64,000 nt of DNA from Candidatus Latescibacterota bacterium (lineage in GTDB: Bacteria > Latescibacterota > UBA2968 > GCA-2709665): assembly GCA_963662665.2 (NCBI GenBank), contig CAXXJS010000010.1, positions 320,001 to 384,000 of the forward strand. The letters run 5' to 3'. The position numbers and the translations under genes were made by a program. Under the pieces are notes generated by a model. It saw only the letters and a list, made by a program, of their open reading frames with translations, had not been told where the DNA came from and searched no databases. Shown one piece after another: positions 15,524 to 25,689 of the stretch; the first letter of the stretch is position 1; the number at the start of each line of letters is the position of its first letter.

Positions 15524-18229
15524 CTATTTTCCGTAACTCAACGTTGGACCGGCGGCGACCGGATTGGCTTTATCGGGGTCGACGCCGAGGTCCTCTATGG
15601 CCCTTGTAACCTGGTCTCTCTCTATCCCGCCCTGATTCGAGAGGCCGTGTAGCGCGGCGATGGCGATGGATTCGGCATCGACTTCAAAATGCCGGCGAAG
15701 CGCTTCCCGGGTATCGCTTCTTCCAAAGCCGTCGGTACCCAGCGAGAACAGATCCTGTGCCACCCAGGGGCGGATCATGTCAGGCAGGATCTTCATATAG
15801 TCGGAGGCGGCTACGACCGGACCCCGGGCGTTTTCGAGTACGCGGGTGATATAGGGCCTGCGTGAGGGCTGGGTGGGGTGCAGCCGGTTCCAGCGTTCGG
15901 TTTCGAGGGCGTCCTTGCGCAGTTCCTTGTAGCTGGTGACGCTCCAGACCTGCGCGGAGATGCCATAACTCTCAGCCAGAATGCTCCGGGCGCGAAGGGC
16001 CTCCCTCAGGATGGCGCCGCTGCCGAAAAGCTGAACGTGATGCGTTGCGCTTTCCAGGGAGTCGGGCTTGAGTTTGTAGATGCCTCTGATGATGCCTTCC
16101 TCGACGCCTTCCGGCATGGCCGGCATGTCGTAAGGTTCGTTTCCAAGCGTCAGATAGTAGAAGATGTCTTCCTGCTCCCCGTACATTCGCCGGATACCGT
16201 CCTGAATGATTACTGCGATTTCGTAAGCGTAGGCAGGATCGTAGGTGAGCAGATTGGGGACGGTGCTGGCCAGTACGTGGCTGTGCCCGTCCTGGTGCTG
16301 GAGGCCCTCGCCGTTTAACGTTGTCCGGCCGGCGGTGCCGCCCAGGAGGAAACCCTTGCACCGCATATCCGCGGCGGCCCAGATCAGGTCGCCGATGCGT
16401 TGAAACCCGAACATGGAGTAGTAGATGAAAAACGGGATGGTGTTCACGCCGCAGGTGGCGTAGGCCGTGCCTGCGGCAATGAAGGAGCACATGGATCCCG
16501 CTTCGTTGATGCCTTCCTCCAGAATCTGACCCTCTCTGACTTCCCGGTAATACAATAGCCTATCGGCGTCTACGGGTTCGTAGAGTTGCCCGACGCGGGA
16601 GTAGATGCCGCATTGTCTAAAAAGCGGTTCCATGCCGAACGTGCGGGCTTCGTCCGGAATGATGGGCACGATGAGTTCGCCGATATCGGGATCACGCAGA
16701 AGCTTGGAGAACATCCGGACGAATGCCATGGTCGTGGAGGCCTGCCGGCCCCGGGTGCCCTTCAGAAACTCGTCGAAATGGTCCAGCGCCGGAACGGCGA
16801 GAGGTTCTGTGTTGACCTGCCTGCGTGGCAGATAGCCGCCCAGTTCCTCACGGCGTCGTTTCATGTATTCGATCTCGGGGCTGTCTTCGGGAGGCCGATA
16901 GAAGGGTGCGGCGGCGACTTCGTCGTCCGAGATCGGGATTCCGAAGCGGGATCTGAATTCCCGCAGTTCGTCTTCATTCAGTTTCTTTTGCTGGTGGGAG
17001 ACGTTCCGGCCTTCACCGGATTCGCCAACACCGTAGCCCTTGATCGTCTTCGCGAGAATGACGGTGGGCGAGCCACGGTGTTCCACGGCCGATCTGTAGG
17101 CGGCGTAGACTTTCTCGGGATCGTGGCCGCCGCGGCGCATTTTCTGCAGCTGCTCGTCCGAAAGGTGGTCGACCATGCCCAGCAGTCCCGGGTGCGTTCC
17201 GAAGAAATCTTCGCGGATGTAGTCGCCCGATTCGACGGTATATTTCTGGTATTGGCCGTCGACCACTTCGTTCATACGCTTGACCAGAATGCCGTCGTGG
17301 TCCCGGGCAAGCAACGGGTCCCAGTCGTCGCCCCATATCACTTTAATCACGTTCCAGCCGGCGCCGCGGAAGGCGGCCTCCAATTCCTGGATCACCTTGC
17401 CATTGCCCCGTACCGGTCCGTCCAGTCGCTGGAGATTACAGTTGATCACGAAGATCAGGTTGTCCAGCTTCTCCCTGGAGGCCAGCGTGATTGCGCCAAG
17501 GGATTCGGGCTCGTCGGTTTCGCCGTCGCCCATGAAGACCCACACGTGGGAACCGGAGGTGTCTTTAAGGCCCCGATCTTCCAGGTAGCGGTTGAATCGA
17601 GCGTGATATATGCCCATAATGGGCGCAAGGCCCATGGACACCGTAGGGTATTCCCAGAAGTCGGGCATCAGCCACGGGTGTGGGTAGGATGACAGACCAC
17701 CCGGATGCCGGAGGTCCCGGCGGAAATTTTCCAGGGCCTGCTCGTCAATCCTGCCTTCGAGGAACGCCCGGGCGTAGACACCCGGCGCGGCGTGCCCCTG
17801 GAAATACACCTGGTCGCCCAGGAAACCGTTGCCCCGTCCGTGAAAGAAGTGGTCGAAACCCACCTCGAGCAGCGTGGCTGCGGACGCATAGGTGGAAATG
17901 TGGCCGCCGATACCATCGTATTCCCGGTTGGCGCGCACCACCATGGCCATGGCGTTCCAACGGATGATACTTTTTATGCGGCGTTCGGTTTCACGGTTGC
18001 CCGGGTACGGGTGCTGCTGGTCCACTGGAATTGTGTTGACGTAGGGTGTATTGGCGCTGAAGGGGATGACGACGTCCGCACGGTGCGCCCACTCCTCGAT
18101 TTTCTTGAACAGGAAGCGCACCCGGTCCGGCCCGTAGTTTTTCAGGGCGTAGTCGAGCGATTCGATCCAGTCCCGGGTTTCTGCCGGGTCCACGTCGCGG
18201 GAGGGAACTCGGACGACTTTATCTGACAT
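15524..18229 (-). CDS. aceE: Pyruvate dehydrogenase E1, homodimeric type
   Basis: IRWNAMAMV, GGHISTYAS, GDGETDEPES, NLQRLDGPV, GEGLQHQDGHS. Confidence 0.97.
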   Translation of the reverse strand: MSDKVVRVPSRDVDPAETRDWIESLDYALKNYGPDRVRFLFKKIEEWAHRADVVIPFSANTPYVNTIPVDQQHPYPGNRETERRIKSIIRWNAMAMVVRANREYDGIGGHISTYASAATLLEVGFDHFFHGRGNGFLGDQVYFQGHAAPGVYARAFLEGRIDEQALENFRRDLRHPGGLSSYPHPWLMPDFWEYPTVSMGLAPIMGIYHARFNRYLEDRGLKDTSGSHVWVFMGDGETDEPESLGAITLASREKLDNLIFVINCNLQRLDGPVRGNGKVIQELEAAFRGAGWNVIKVIWGDDWDPLLARDHDGILVKRMNEVVDGQYQKYTVESGDYIREDFFGTHPGLLGMVDHLSDEQLQKMRRGGHDPEKVYAAYRSAVEHRGSPTVILAKTIKGYGVGESGEGRNVSHQQKKLNEDELREFRSRFGIPISDDEVAAAPFYRPPEDSPEIEYMKRRREELGGYLPRRQVNTEPLAVPALDHFDEFLKGTRGRQASTTMAFVRMFSKLLRDPDIGELIVPIIPDEARTFGMEPLFRQCGIYSRVGQLYEPVDADRLLYYREVREGQILEEGINEAGSMCSFIAAGTAYATCGVNTIPFFIYYSMFGFQRIGDLIWAAADMRCKGFLLGGTAGRTTLNGEGLQHQDGHSHVLASTVPNLLTYDPAYAYEIAVIIQDGIRRMYGEQEDIFYYLTLGNEPYDMPAMPEGVEEGIIRGIYKLKPDSLESATHHVQLFGSGAILREALRARSILAESYGISAQVWSVTSYKELRKDALETERWNRLHPTQPSRRPYITRVLENARGPVVAASDYMKILPDMIRPWVAQDLFSLGTDGFGRSDTREALRRHFEVDAESIAIAALHGLSNQGGIERDQVTRAIEDLGVDPDKANPVAAGPTLSYGK

Positions 18230-18422
18230 TCACTGCCTCGTTATGATTTGACGAGCGCGGTCGATCACACCCGGGTGCCGGGGCCGCCAACCCGGCGGAA
18301 CGGTTTTGTCCGGGGGCAGCCGGTCCGGTCGGATTGTTCAACGTCCCGGAGCCTTCTGAATTTACCGGTAGACGCCTGAAAAGTCAAATTTGTTGCCCTT
18401 TCATGCAGTTTGACCGGGCGAT

Positions 18423-18463
18423 AAAGAAAAAAAGCCCCGGGAGGCACTCCTCCAGAGGCTTTT
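18423..18463 (-). terminator. Intrinsic terminator after the PFOR genes
   Basis: AAAAGCC...GGCTTTT stem with a U-tract on the minus strand. Confidence 0.6.
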
Positions 18464-18499
18464 CGTGCGTCGACCCATAACGATGTTTACAGCGCGTCT

Positions 18500-20143
18500 T
18501 CAGATGATGCCGGCCATCTCCTGGAGCATTCGCCAGTTCTGCAGGCGGTCGTCCTGGGCGGCCATGAGGGTTTCGGAAGGGTTTCCGTCCTTGTCGAAGT
18601 GCTTGGCGAAACGCCCTTCGGTCCGGGCGAAAGTAACAAAGTCGACGGTTTCGCCGGTCTTGCGAATGGTATACCAGTCGTCCTTGACGGCCGGGTTGCC
18701 CCGGAGGTCCAGCCGCTCCTTGATGCGTTCTCCCTTGCGCGGATCGTAGATGAAGATTGGGAATGCCCGCGACTCCATGGCCAGTTTGGCCTGGTGCCCC
18801 GCCAGGTGGTCTCCCACCCCGTGTTCGGGCTGGCACGTGGTGAAGACGTTAATTACGGCCGGCCCGTCGAATTCGTTAGCCGCGGCGATGGCACGGTAGA
18901 AGTGGTTCTGCAGGCTGCAGATTGTCTGTGCGACAAAGGTGTCCGGATGCATCATGCAGATCTGGCCAAGTTCCTTCCGGCGCTCGGTTTTTCCGGGAAC
19001 GGCGGAGCCGTGGACGGACATCTTGGTATTCTGCCCCATGTAACTGGAGGTGGAGGCTTGTCCGCCGGTATTGGAGTAGACCTGGGTATCCAGGACCAGG
19101 ACGTTGATATCCATGCCTGACATGAGCATCCTGGAAAGTGCCTGGAAACCGATATCCAGCATGGCCCCGTCTCCGCCGATAACCCATATCTTCTTGTCCT
19201 GCCAACCCATCTGGTCCCAGCGGGCACGCACCCCCATGGCATCGGTGGGTCCGTTTTCAAAGAGCGAGTTGGTCCAGGGAACCGTGTAGGGGTTGTACGG
19301 ATAAGTGGAGGTGTATACAGTGTTGCATCCCGTGGAGGCCACAAGACCGAGGTTTTCAGGGCCGTGCAGATAACCCGTGGATGCAAGCATCATACGCAGG
19401 GCCGTGGCTTCTCCGCAGCCCATGCAGGACCCGGCGCCGCCCACGTAGAGTAGAGACCGTTCGGCCAGCATCATGTCCTGAACGGATTTTTCGAGGATAT
19501 ATTCGCTTGGAGATTCCGGCAGGTCGTTGTGGAAGTCCCAGGCGGCGCGGAATTCCTCCAGGTTTTCTGCCGTCTTGGTGACCATCTTCAGGGCGTCTTT
19601 GTCGGCGCAGACCTCGACGCATTCGGCACAACCCTTGCATTTGGTGGGGTCTATGAAGATGCCGAAGTAGGCGCCTTCTTTGCCCTTCTTCTCAAAGTTC
19701 TTGTAGTACTTGGCAGTCTCGGAAAACTGGTTGCGCAGGAATTCTCTCTGTTCGGGATCGGTGGTCTTGGCCAGCGCCGCGTCGAGTTCTTCGCGGGTGG
19801 TGATTTTTCCCAGGATGGCCGTATCCGGACATTCGGTGACGCAGTCCATGCAGCCAACGCAGTTTTCCTGGATAAATTCCGGGATTTCGGGGGCGATGTA
19901 GCTGAAGTCGCGAAAGGCGCCGGTACCCGGGCCCACCAGGCTGCGGGCAACGCCCACGTCCGCGGGCAACCCCTGTTCGGCAATGCCCGTATTGTACCCC
20001 GCCACAACCCGCCCGTTAAAATCTTCGATATCCAGCAGGGTATGCAGGTTGATCGGCGCAGAGGAGATCGGCTCCTCGTCCATTTCCTGCAATGAACTGA
20101 CGCTCAGCAGTGTGGCTGGCTCGCTTTTGCCATTGGTTGACAT
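18500..20143 (-). CDS. Pyruvate:ferredoxin oxidoreductase subunit (2x4Fe-4S + TPP-binding beta domain)
   Basis: CVGCMDCVTECP, CKGCAECVEVC, GSCMGCGE, GGDGAMLDIGFQ, DTQVYSNTGGQAS. Confidence 0.92.
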   Translation of the reverse strand: MSTNGKSEPATLLSVSSLQEMDEEPISSAPINLHTLLDIEDFNGRVVAGYNTGIAEQGLPADVGVARSLVGPGTGAFRDFSYIAPEIPEFIQENCVGCMDCVTECPDTAILGKITTREELDAALAKTTDPEQREFLRNQFSETAKYYKNFEKKGKEGAYFGIFIDPTKCKGCAECVEVCADKDALKMVTKTAENLEEFRAAWDFHNDLPESPSEYILEKSVQDMMLAERSLLYVGGAGSCMGCGEATALRMMLASTGYLHGPENLGLVASTGCNTVYTSTYPYNPYTVPWTNSLFENGPTDAMGVRARWDQMGWQDKKIWVIGGDGAMLDIGFQALSRMLMSGMDINVLVLDTQVYSNTGGQASTSSYMGQNTKMSVHGSAVPGKTERRKELGQICMMHPDTFVAQTICSLQNHFYRAIAAANEFDGPAVINVFTTCQPEHGVGDHLAGHQAKLAMESRAFPIFIYDPRKGERIKERLDLRGNPAVKDDWYTIRKTGETVDFVTFARTEGRFAKHFDKDGNPSETLMAAQDDRLQNWRMLQEMAGII

Positions 20144-20283
20144 GGTTTTTGCTCCCGGTTCAGCTTGAACGTTCGGAATGGGCGGGGTCGTTGCGGGTCT
20201 GGAACGTGGCGCCCTGATGCCGAAACAAAACTATCAAGCGACAACAGATGGCACTGTGCCGTTGGAGAAATCGGAACGACCGG

Positions 20284-22305
20284 TCAGCACCCGATCGAGA
20301 CCAGGCCCGCCGGAAGATCGTCCGTTTCCTGGTCGATTGTGCTTTCGATCAGTTCCCGCGGGACTTCGAACACTTCCCGGTAACCTCTCATGATGGCGTT
20401 CATGTTGGCGTCCACGACGCCCTTTCCCTTGTTGCCCCAGTATTTGTTGACCGCGTTTTCCACGTTAACGAACAACTCGTCTTCCGTGAGATTCAGATCC
20501 TTCTGGAAGGGGGTGTGTTTCAGAAAGATCCCCAGAAGGACAATACCCTGGAAACGCTGCATCAGATCCGGCGACGGCGCCTCTTCCAGGGCGATTTTGA
20601 CGGCGTTGAGGGCGAGGGGTTTGATGAGTCTGGTACGGATCATTCTCTTTGCCCATCCGGGAATATTGTCCCATACCTTTTCCGCCTCGGTGTGGGGACT
20701 CTGGATAAAGACCATGCCGCCGTCGACAACGCCGGCCAGCGGATTGGCGGTATTGAAGGCGTTGACGTCGTTGAGCGGTACGAAGTCCACCACTTCCAGT
20801 TCGGAGTGGGTCCGGATGTGTTCGTTGGCCGCGGTCAGGTAGTAGGTGGTGGGCAGCCCCTTCTTTTCCGACCCGTATTTCGGGTAGGCCTGAACGTGAA
20901 GCCCCAGGTTTGCCAGCAACGTGGCAATGACTTTATTGGTGGTAACGGAACCGTACCCGCCCACCGAGTGCCCGCGCATCGCGAATGCGCCAATCTCCCT
21001 CGTGCTTGGATCGGGCTGCCTCCGGAGGGCCAATTCGTGTTCGATATTGAGGACGAAAAGTTCCTTCTGCCCGGGTGCGGCCGCCTGCATATTTCTCACG
21101 GTGGCAATGAAGTCGCCTGGCCGGACGTCGCGGCTTCCCAGGCCGGCCATCCCTGAGAGGATCTTCGGAATTCGTTCGATTCGCGGATACCCGGTGGCGC
21201 CGCCGGCGGCATCGGCGAAGGCAGCCTTGATTTCGGCGGTCAGCGGATTGGACTGCGCGAGCGGGTTGTCCATTCGTTCCAAAATGGAAATGGCCTTCGC
21301 TCCCTTGAGCGCTTCCACAATTTCGACGCCCGGGAACGGGCGGAACGACGTGACGTGAAGGGCGCCCACTTTCAGGCCCTCCGTATCCCGCAACCAGTCG
21401 ACGGCGGTCTGGGCGGTCTCCAGCATGCTGCCCATGCCCACGATGACGTATTCGGCGTCTTCAAGCCGGTACCCGTCGATCATGCCGTAACGCCTGCCGG
21501 TCATCCTGTAGAATTCGTGCATGGCTTCCAGCAGGTCGTCGGGCACGCGATCGTAAAAATACCGCTGGGCGATCTTGCCCTTCATGTAGCTGTCCTGGTT
21601 CTGTACCACGCCGCTCATCATCGGATTGTCGACGTCCATGAGGTTCTGGATCTTGTCTTCCGGGCGCCCCACGAAAAGCTTCATCAGTTCCGGTTCGATG
21701 GCCGTGACGTTCTGGACCGTGTGGGTTGTGAGAAACCCGTCCTGCACAACCATGAACGGCGTCTGGGAGGCTTCCGCCGCGCGGCGGGCGATGAGCGTCG
21801 TGTCCATAACCTCCTGGGTATTGCGGGCAAATACGATGCCCCAGCCGCAGTCGGCCACGGCCATGATATCGTCGTGGCCCGCGTGTACGTTGAGCGATTG
21901 CGAGGTGAGCGCGCGCGCGCCGATATGGAAGACAGCGGGAAGGCGTTTGCCCGAGATCGTGTAGAGCACCTCTTTCATCAGGACCAGACCCTGACCCGAG
22001 GTGAAGTTGGTGACCCGCCCGCCCGCCACGGCAAAGCCTTCGGACGCAGAAGCCGAACTGTGTTCGGACTCGGGCTCTATGAAAACCAGGGTATCGCCCC
22101 ACAGGTTGACCGCGCCGTTTGACACCACCGCGCTGTATTTCTCGCCCAGAATCGAGGAAGACGTGATAGGATAGGTGCAGGCGGCCTGGCTGATGTGTTT
22201 TTCTACCCAGATTGCGGCATCGCCGCCGTCGCCCACGTCGGGGTTGCCGGGAAACGGAAATTCACCTGGCCGTCCGTCAATCTGTATTCTGGCGCTTTCC
22301 GCCAT
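20284..22305 (-). CDS. Pyruvate:ferredoxin oxidoreductase subunit (alpha + gamma domains)
   Basis: YPITSS, ESEHSSAS, FTSGQGL, HAGHDD, DGFLTTH, HSVGGYGSVTTNK, YGSEKKG. Confidence 0.92.
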   Translation of the reverse strand: MAESARIQIDGRPGEFPFPGNPDVGDGGDAAIWVEKHISQAACTYPITSSSILGEKYSAVVSNGAVNLWGDTLVFIEPESEHSSASASEGFAVAGGRVTNFTSGQGLVLMKEVLYTISGKRLPAVFHIGARALTSQSLNVHAGHDDIMAVADCGWGIVFARNTQEVMDTTLIARRAAEASQTPFMVVQDGFLTTHTVQNVTAIEPELMKLFVGRPEDKIQNLMDVDNPMMSGVVQNQDSYMKGKIAQRYFYDRVPDDLLEAMHEFYRMTGRRYGMIDGYRLEDAEYVIVGMGSMLETAQTAVDWLRDTEGLKVGALHVTSFRPFPGVEIVEALKGAKAISILERMDNPLAQSNPLTAEIKAAFADAAGGATGYPRIERIPKILSGMAGLGSRDVRPGDFIATVRNMQAAAPGQKELFVLNIEHELALRRQPDPSTREIGAFAMRGHSVGGYGSVTTNKVIATLLANLGLHVQAYPKYGSEKKGLPTTYYLTAANEHIRTHSELEVVDFVPLNDVNAFNTANPLAGVVDGGMVFIQSPHTEAEKVWDNIPGWAKRMIRTRLIKPLALNAVKIALEEAPSPDLMQRFQGIVLLGIFLKHTPFQKDLNLTEDELFVNVENAVNKYWGNKGKGVVDANMNAIMRGYREVFEVPRELIESTIDQETDDLPAGLVSIGC

Positions 22306-22798
22306 GGCGGTTCTCCTTAATTAAGTGGACAAAAGGCATCGTGGCAACTGACGCCCTTGTCAGCCCGTTGGAAGAGTCCATCCGGGCTACGGCCGGCCCG
22401 TGCGGTCGAGATACTGCGTTGCGCTCCCTCGCCGGATCGCTCGATTCAACTCGGTTGCGCGCCTTGTCTTCGGCCACAATGCCTCGGCCTCGCCTGCAGA
22501 GCGACTTTACTACGGACTGTTGTGCCAGCTCAATCCACGACCGGGCACGTTTCGCTTTCAGTAAGTATGAATGATAAGCTAAATCATGTTGAGTAAAGGC
22601 TAAATATAACTCAAACACGACCTGTCTGCAAGCGCTGATTAACGTGACCATTAATGAAGTTTGTTAATTATGAATTGGCGCATCGCCATCGGCGGTCTCT
22701 GAATCCGCTTGCCCGAATTCAGGCGCACCTCCATATTTACCCTGCTTGAAGGGTCTTTCCAGCGAATCACGTGCACGCATGAAACGCGGAGGCAAACA

Positions 22799-23110
22799 AT
22801 GCCTGAACTCAGGTACGACGGAGGAGACCCTGACTGCGCGCTTGCGTATTTCCGGGAACACCGGGCGAAGTTGCGCGCGCTGCCCAGGGTGTTTGTAGGC
22901 CCGGACGGCACGACCGTAAAGGACATTAACGGCGAGGAGATGAATCTTGAAGGGCTTACTTTGGGTCAAACCCAACTGGAAACGTTGCTGAAGCTGGCCG
23001 GGGCCTCATACAATCCGTCGACCCTGCATAACCCGCCGCGAGGCCGAAGTCCGGTCAAGGAATTTGAGATTGTCAAACAGGACCCGTGGGGACACGATCG
23101 GGTCTTGTAG
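22799..23110 (+). CDS. Hypothetical protein
   Basis: GGAGG RBS before ATG 22799, protein-like composition. Confidence 0.65.
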   Translation: MPELRYDGGDPDCALAYFREHRAKLRALPRVFVGPDGTTVKDINGEEMNLEGLTLGQTQLETLLKLAGASYNPSTLHNPPRGRSPVKEFEIVKQDPWGHDRVL

Positions 23111-23149
23111 GCGCGAGTCCGCCGACGCCCTCCGTGATGCTGCAGACTG

Positions 23150-24196
23150 TTAACGCCGGTTGGCTTCCAGCCGGTCCAATTGCCGGTATTCGTCCATGGG
23201 ACCGATCGAATTCCGGAGGTCGCCGATTCCGCCGAACGACATCACGACGGTGTCGTCAACCTGAAGGCCGCTCGGCAAGTCGGCTTCAGAAAAAACAACA
23301 GGTGTGCCCCAGTACAGTAGTTGCAGGGTCTTTTCACGCAGGGGCAGCCGACTGAAGAGAGAACGCTCCAGGTGGAAGAGCCGCTCCGGCATGTTGAGAT
23401 GGCTCTGTCCGGTGTGACCCGTTTTTCGAGCGATACGTTTATTGTTTCTCAGAATATCGCAGGAGACCGCGACGCTGGCGTCGTCGAATTCGGAATCCGT
23501 GATCAGAACCGGCCCCAGGCTTGCGCATCCGCCGTGCCAATTCTTGGCCTGAGGGAGATTCAACGGATTCTCGGCTTCAATACCGTTGTCGGTGTAGTCA
23601 TTGCCGCCTGTATAGCCGATACGCTCGATCTGACCGCGGGTGTCCAGTCCGTAAAGGGTGACGAGTTCGGTTTCCGGCACAAGGCGGCGGGTGCCGTCCG
23701 GCCGGGCGATGCGGCCTCGATGTCCGGCCAGCGCGCCCGCGTCGTTCTTCGCGAAGAGTTCGGGTATGCCGCCGCGCGCGCATTCGCGGTATTTCTGATC
23801 GTAGACGTTGACGGCGCCACCGGTGGCCTCTTTCGCTTCGGTTTCCCGCAGCCGCGCGCTGTCGGCGTGTGTGACGCCGGCCAGCCAGACGCGCAACCGG
23901 TGGGGTCGTCCGGCGGGCGGCGTGACGGGAGCGATCAGGTGTGGCCGCCCGGCGGATGGATCGCTTTCCATCAGATCCGTGAGGCTGTAGGAACGGGCGC
24001 CGGCCGTGTCGACGTCCGCGACCACACGATCCAACCCCATTCTTTCGCCCCCGTGGCCGTAGTAGAGTTCGTAGACCGACGCGGGGTATGGCTCGCAGGC
24101 TGTAAGATCCAGGACCGTTTCATTGTCGACGAGTCCCAGACGCGAGGGGTTCGGGGCGGATGGATCGCGGAATTGCAGGAGTCTCACGGAACACAC
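23150..24196 (-). CDS. Fumarylacetoacetate-hydrolase superfamily protein (AraD1/XylX-like)
   Basis: WLAGVTH-DS, PELFAK, VPETEL, GYTGGND, EAENPLNLPQAK, SLGP. Confidence 0.8.
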   Translation of the reverse strand: MCSVRLLQFRDPSAPNPSRLGLVDNETVLDLTACEPYPASVYELYYGHGGERMGLDRVVADVDTAGARSYSLTDLMESDPSAGRPHLIAPVTPPAGRPHRLRVWLAGVTHADSARLRETEAKEATGGAVNVYDQKYRECARGGIPELFAKNDAGALAGHRGRIARPDGTRRLVPETELVTLYGLDTRGQIERIGYTGGNDYTDNGIEAENPLNLPQAKNWHGGCASLGPVLITDSEFDDASVAVSCDILRNNKRIARKTGHTGQSHLNMPERLFHLERSLFSRLPLREKTLQLLYWGTPVVFSEADLPSGLQVDDTVVMSFGGIGDLRNSIGPMDEYRQLDRLEANRR

Positions 24197-24336
24197 CTCC
24201 CTGATAGTCTGTCGAGCGTGCCTTCACAGGCGTACAACTGAATCAAGGCATACGCTGCTCTATCAACCTGCAGCGTTTCTGACGATCTGACCGGACAATA
24301 GGCGTTAACGCACCGTTTAATCGGAATCGGCTTGAT

Positions 24337-24370
24337 TTTACACATTTTATTGTGTAGATTAATGTGTAAA
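24337..24370. promoter_or_regulatory. Inverted-repeat operator of vapBC
   Basis: TTTACACATT-N14-AATGTGTAAA just upstream of the GGAGG RBS. Confidence 0.65.
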
Positions 24371-24384
24371 CACGGAGGTCTGCA

Positions 24385-24585
24385 ATGGCAACCAATCTTG
24401 CGCTCGACGACGAGTTGATCGAAGAAGCCAGGCGAATCGGTGGGCATCGAACGAAAAAAGCTGTTGTCACCGAGGCCCTGGAAGAGTATGTCCAGCGCCG
24501 CAGGCAGCTTCAGATACTGCGCATGTTCAATACGATCGACTACGATCCCGATTTCGACTACAAAATACAGCGAAAGCGGCAATGA
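24385..24585 (+). CDS. vapB: VapB-family antitoxin (DUF2191-like)
   Basis: MATNLALDDELIEEARRIGGHRTKKAVVTEALEEY. ATGA overlap with the PIN gene. Confidence 0.9.
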   Translation: MATNLALDDELIEEARRIGGHRTKKAVVTEALEEYVQRRRQLQILRMFNTIDYDPDFDYKIQRKRQ

Positions 24586-25001
24586 AGGTATTGGTTGATA
24601 CGAGCGTCTGGTCCCTATCGCTGCGGCGCAAGGTCGTTTCCGAACATCCGGTCGTGGCGGAATTGGCAGAACTGGTCCGTGAGGTCCGGGCGCAAATGAT
24701 CGGTCCGATCCGCCAGGAGGTCCTTTCCGGCATCCGTTCGCAAGTTCAATTCGAGGGGCTACGAACTCTTCTGCGGGCGTTTCCGGATCTATCGCTTGAT
24801 GCCGCTGACTATGAATGCGCGGCCGAATTTTTCAACGTTAGCCGAAGCCGCGGCGTTCACGGATCAAATACGGACTTCCTGATCTGTGCGGCATCCCATC
24901 GGTACGAGATGCCGATTCTGACTACGGACGGCGATTTTCGTCGTTTCCGTGAATATCTGCCCATAGAACTTCACGTGACGCGTTCTAATGCGGGGGCGTA
25001 A
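24582..25001 (+). CDS. vapC: VapC PIN-domain toxin
   Basis: VLVDTSVWS, QEVLSG, TDFLICA, ILTTDGDF. Confidence 0.92.
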   Translation: MKVLVDTSVWSLSLRRKVVSEHPVVAELAELVREVRAQMIGPIRQEVLSGIRSQVQFEGLRTLLRAFPDLSLDAADYECAAEFFNVSRSRGVHGSNTDFLICAASHRYEMPILTTDGDFRRFREYLPIELHVTRSNAGA

Positions 25002-25005
25002 TGCG

Positions 25006-25554
25006 ATGCTGATGCAAGATGAGATGGCCGGGTTGGGAAAGCGATTCCTCGCGCTGGTGATTGACATGCTCATGCTGAAGTTGCTCGACCTGCCGCTTTC
25101 CCGCGCATTGAGAGAGGTCACGCCGTCGCCGATTGCGGCGCTGGTTCTGGAATATGGGATAACGCTGGTATATTGTACCGTCTTTCTTGCACGCAGGGGG
25201 CAGACGCCTGGCAAGATCATGATGAGCCTGAGGGTCATCTCCGCGGACGGCGGCGCGGTAGGGCGGACGCTGGCTCTCGTCCGTTCCACGGTGAAGTGGA
25301 CGCCTGTCTTCGGGTTTGTAATTGTCCTGTCCGCCCTGAACCCGTACGCGGATCCTCATCAGGTGGCGCTGGGCGCCGAACGCGTCCTGACGCCTCCGGA
25401 AAATGTCGATGCCGGAAGCTTGCACGCGTGGTCGATCATCTTTTATTCGGGATGGCTGCTGGGCTTTGTACTTGTCTGGATCACGCGCCGACATCCGGAC
25501 CGCCAGGCGCTGCACGACCGCCTGGCAGGCACCCTGGTGATGCGTGTGGAATAA
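25006..25554 (+). CDS. RDD family membrane protein
   Basis: KRFLALVID, GQTPGKIMMSLRVI, RQALHDRLAGT. Confidence 0.88.
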   Translation: MLMQDEMAGLGKRFLALVIDMLMLKLLDLPLSRALREVTPSPIAALVLEYGITLVYCTVFLARRGQTPGKIMMSLRVISADGGAVGRTLALVRSTVKWTPVFGFVIVLSALNPYADPHQVALGAERVLTPPENVDAGSLHAWSIIFYSGWLLGFVLVWITRRHPDRQALHDRLAGTLVMRVE

Positions 25555-25689
25555 TCAATCGGATAGCGTAACCGTGACGGAGGCCGAAGGAACAGACTTC
25601 GCTCCGATCGATCGGGAGCGTGAGGCAGGAAGCGCACATAAAACGATCGGACCCGGCCGTCTCCGAGCGCTCTGTCCCGTGCGGTACCT

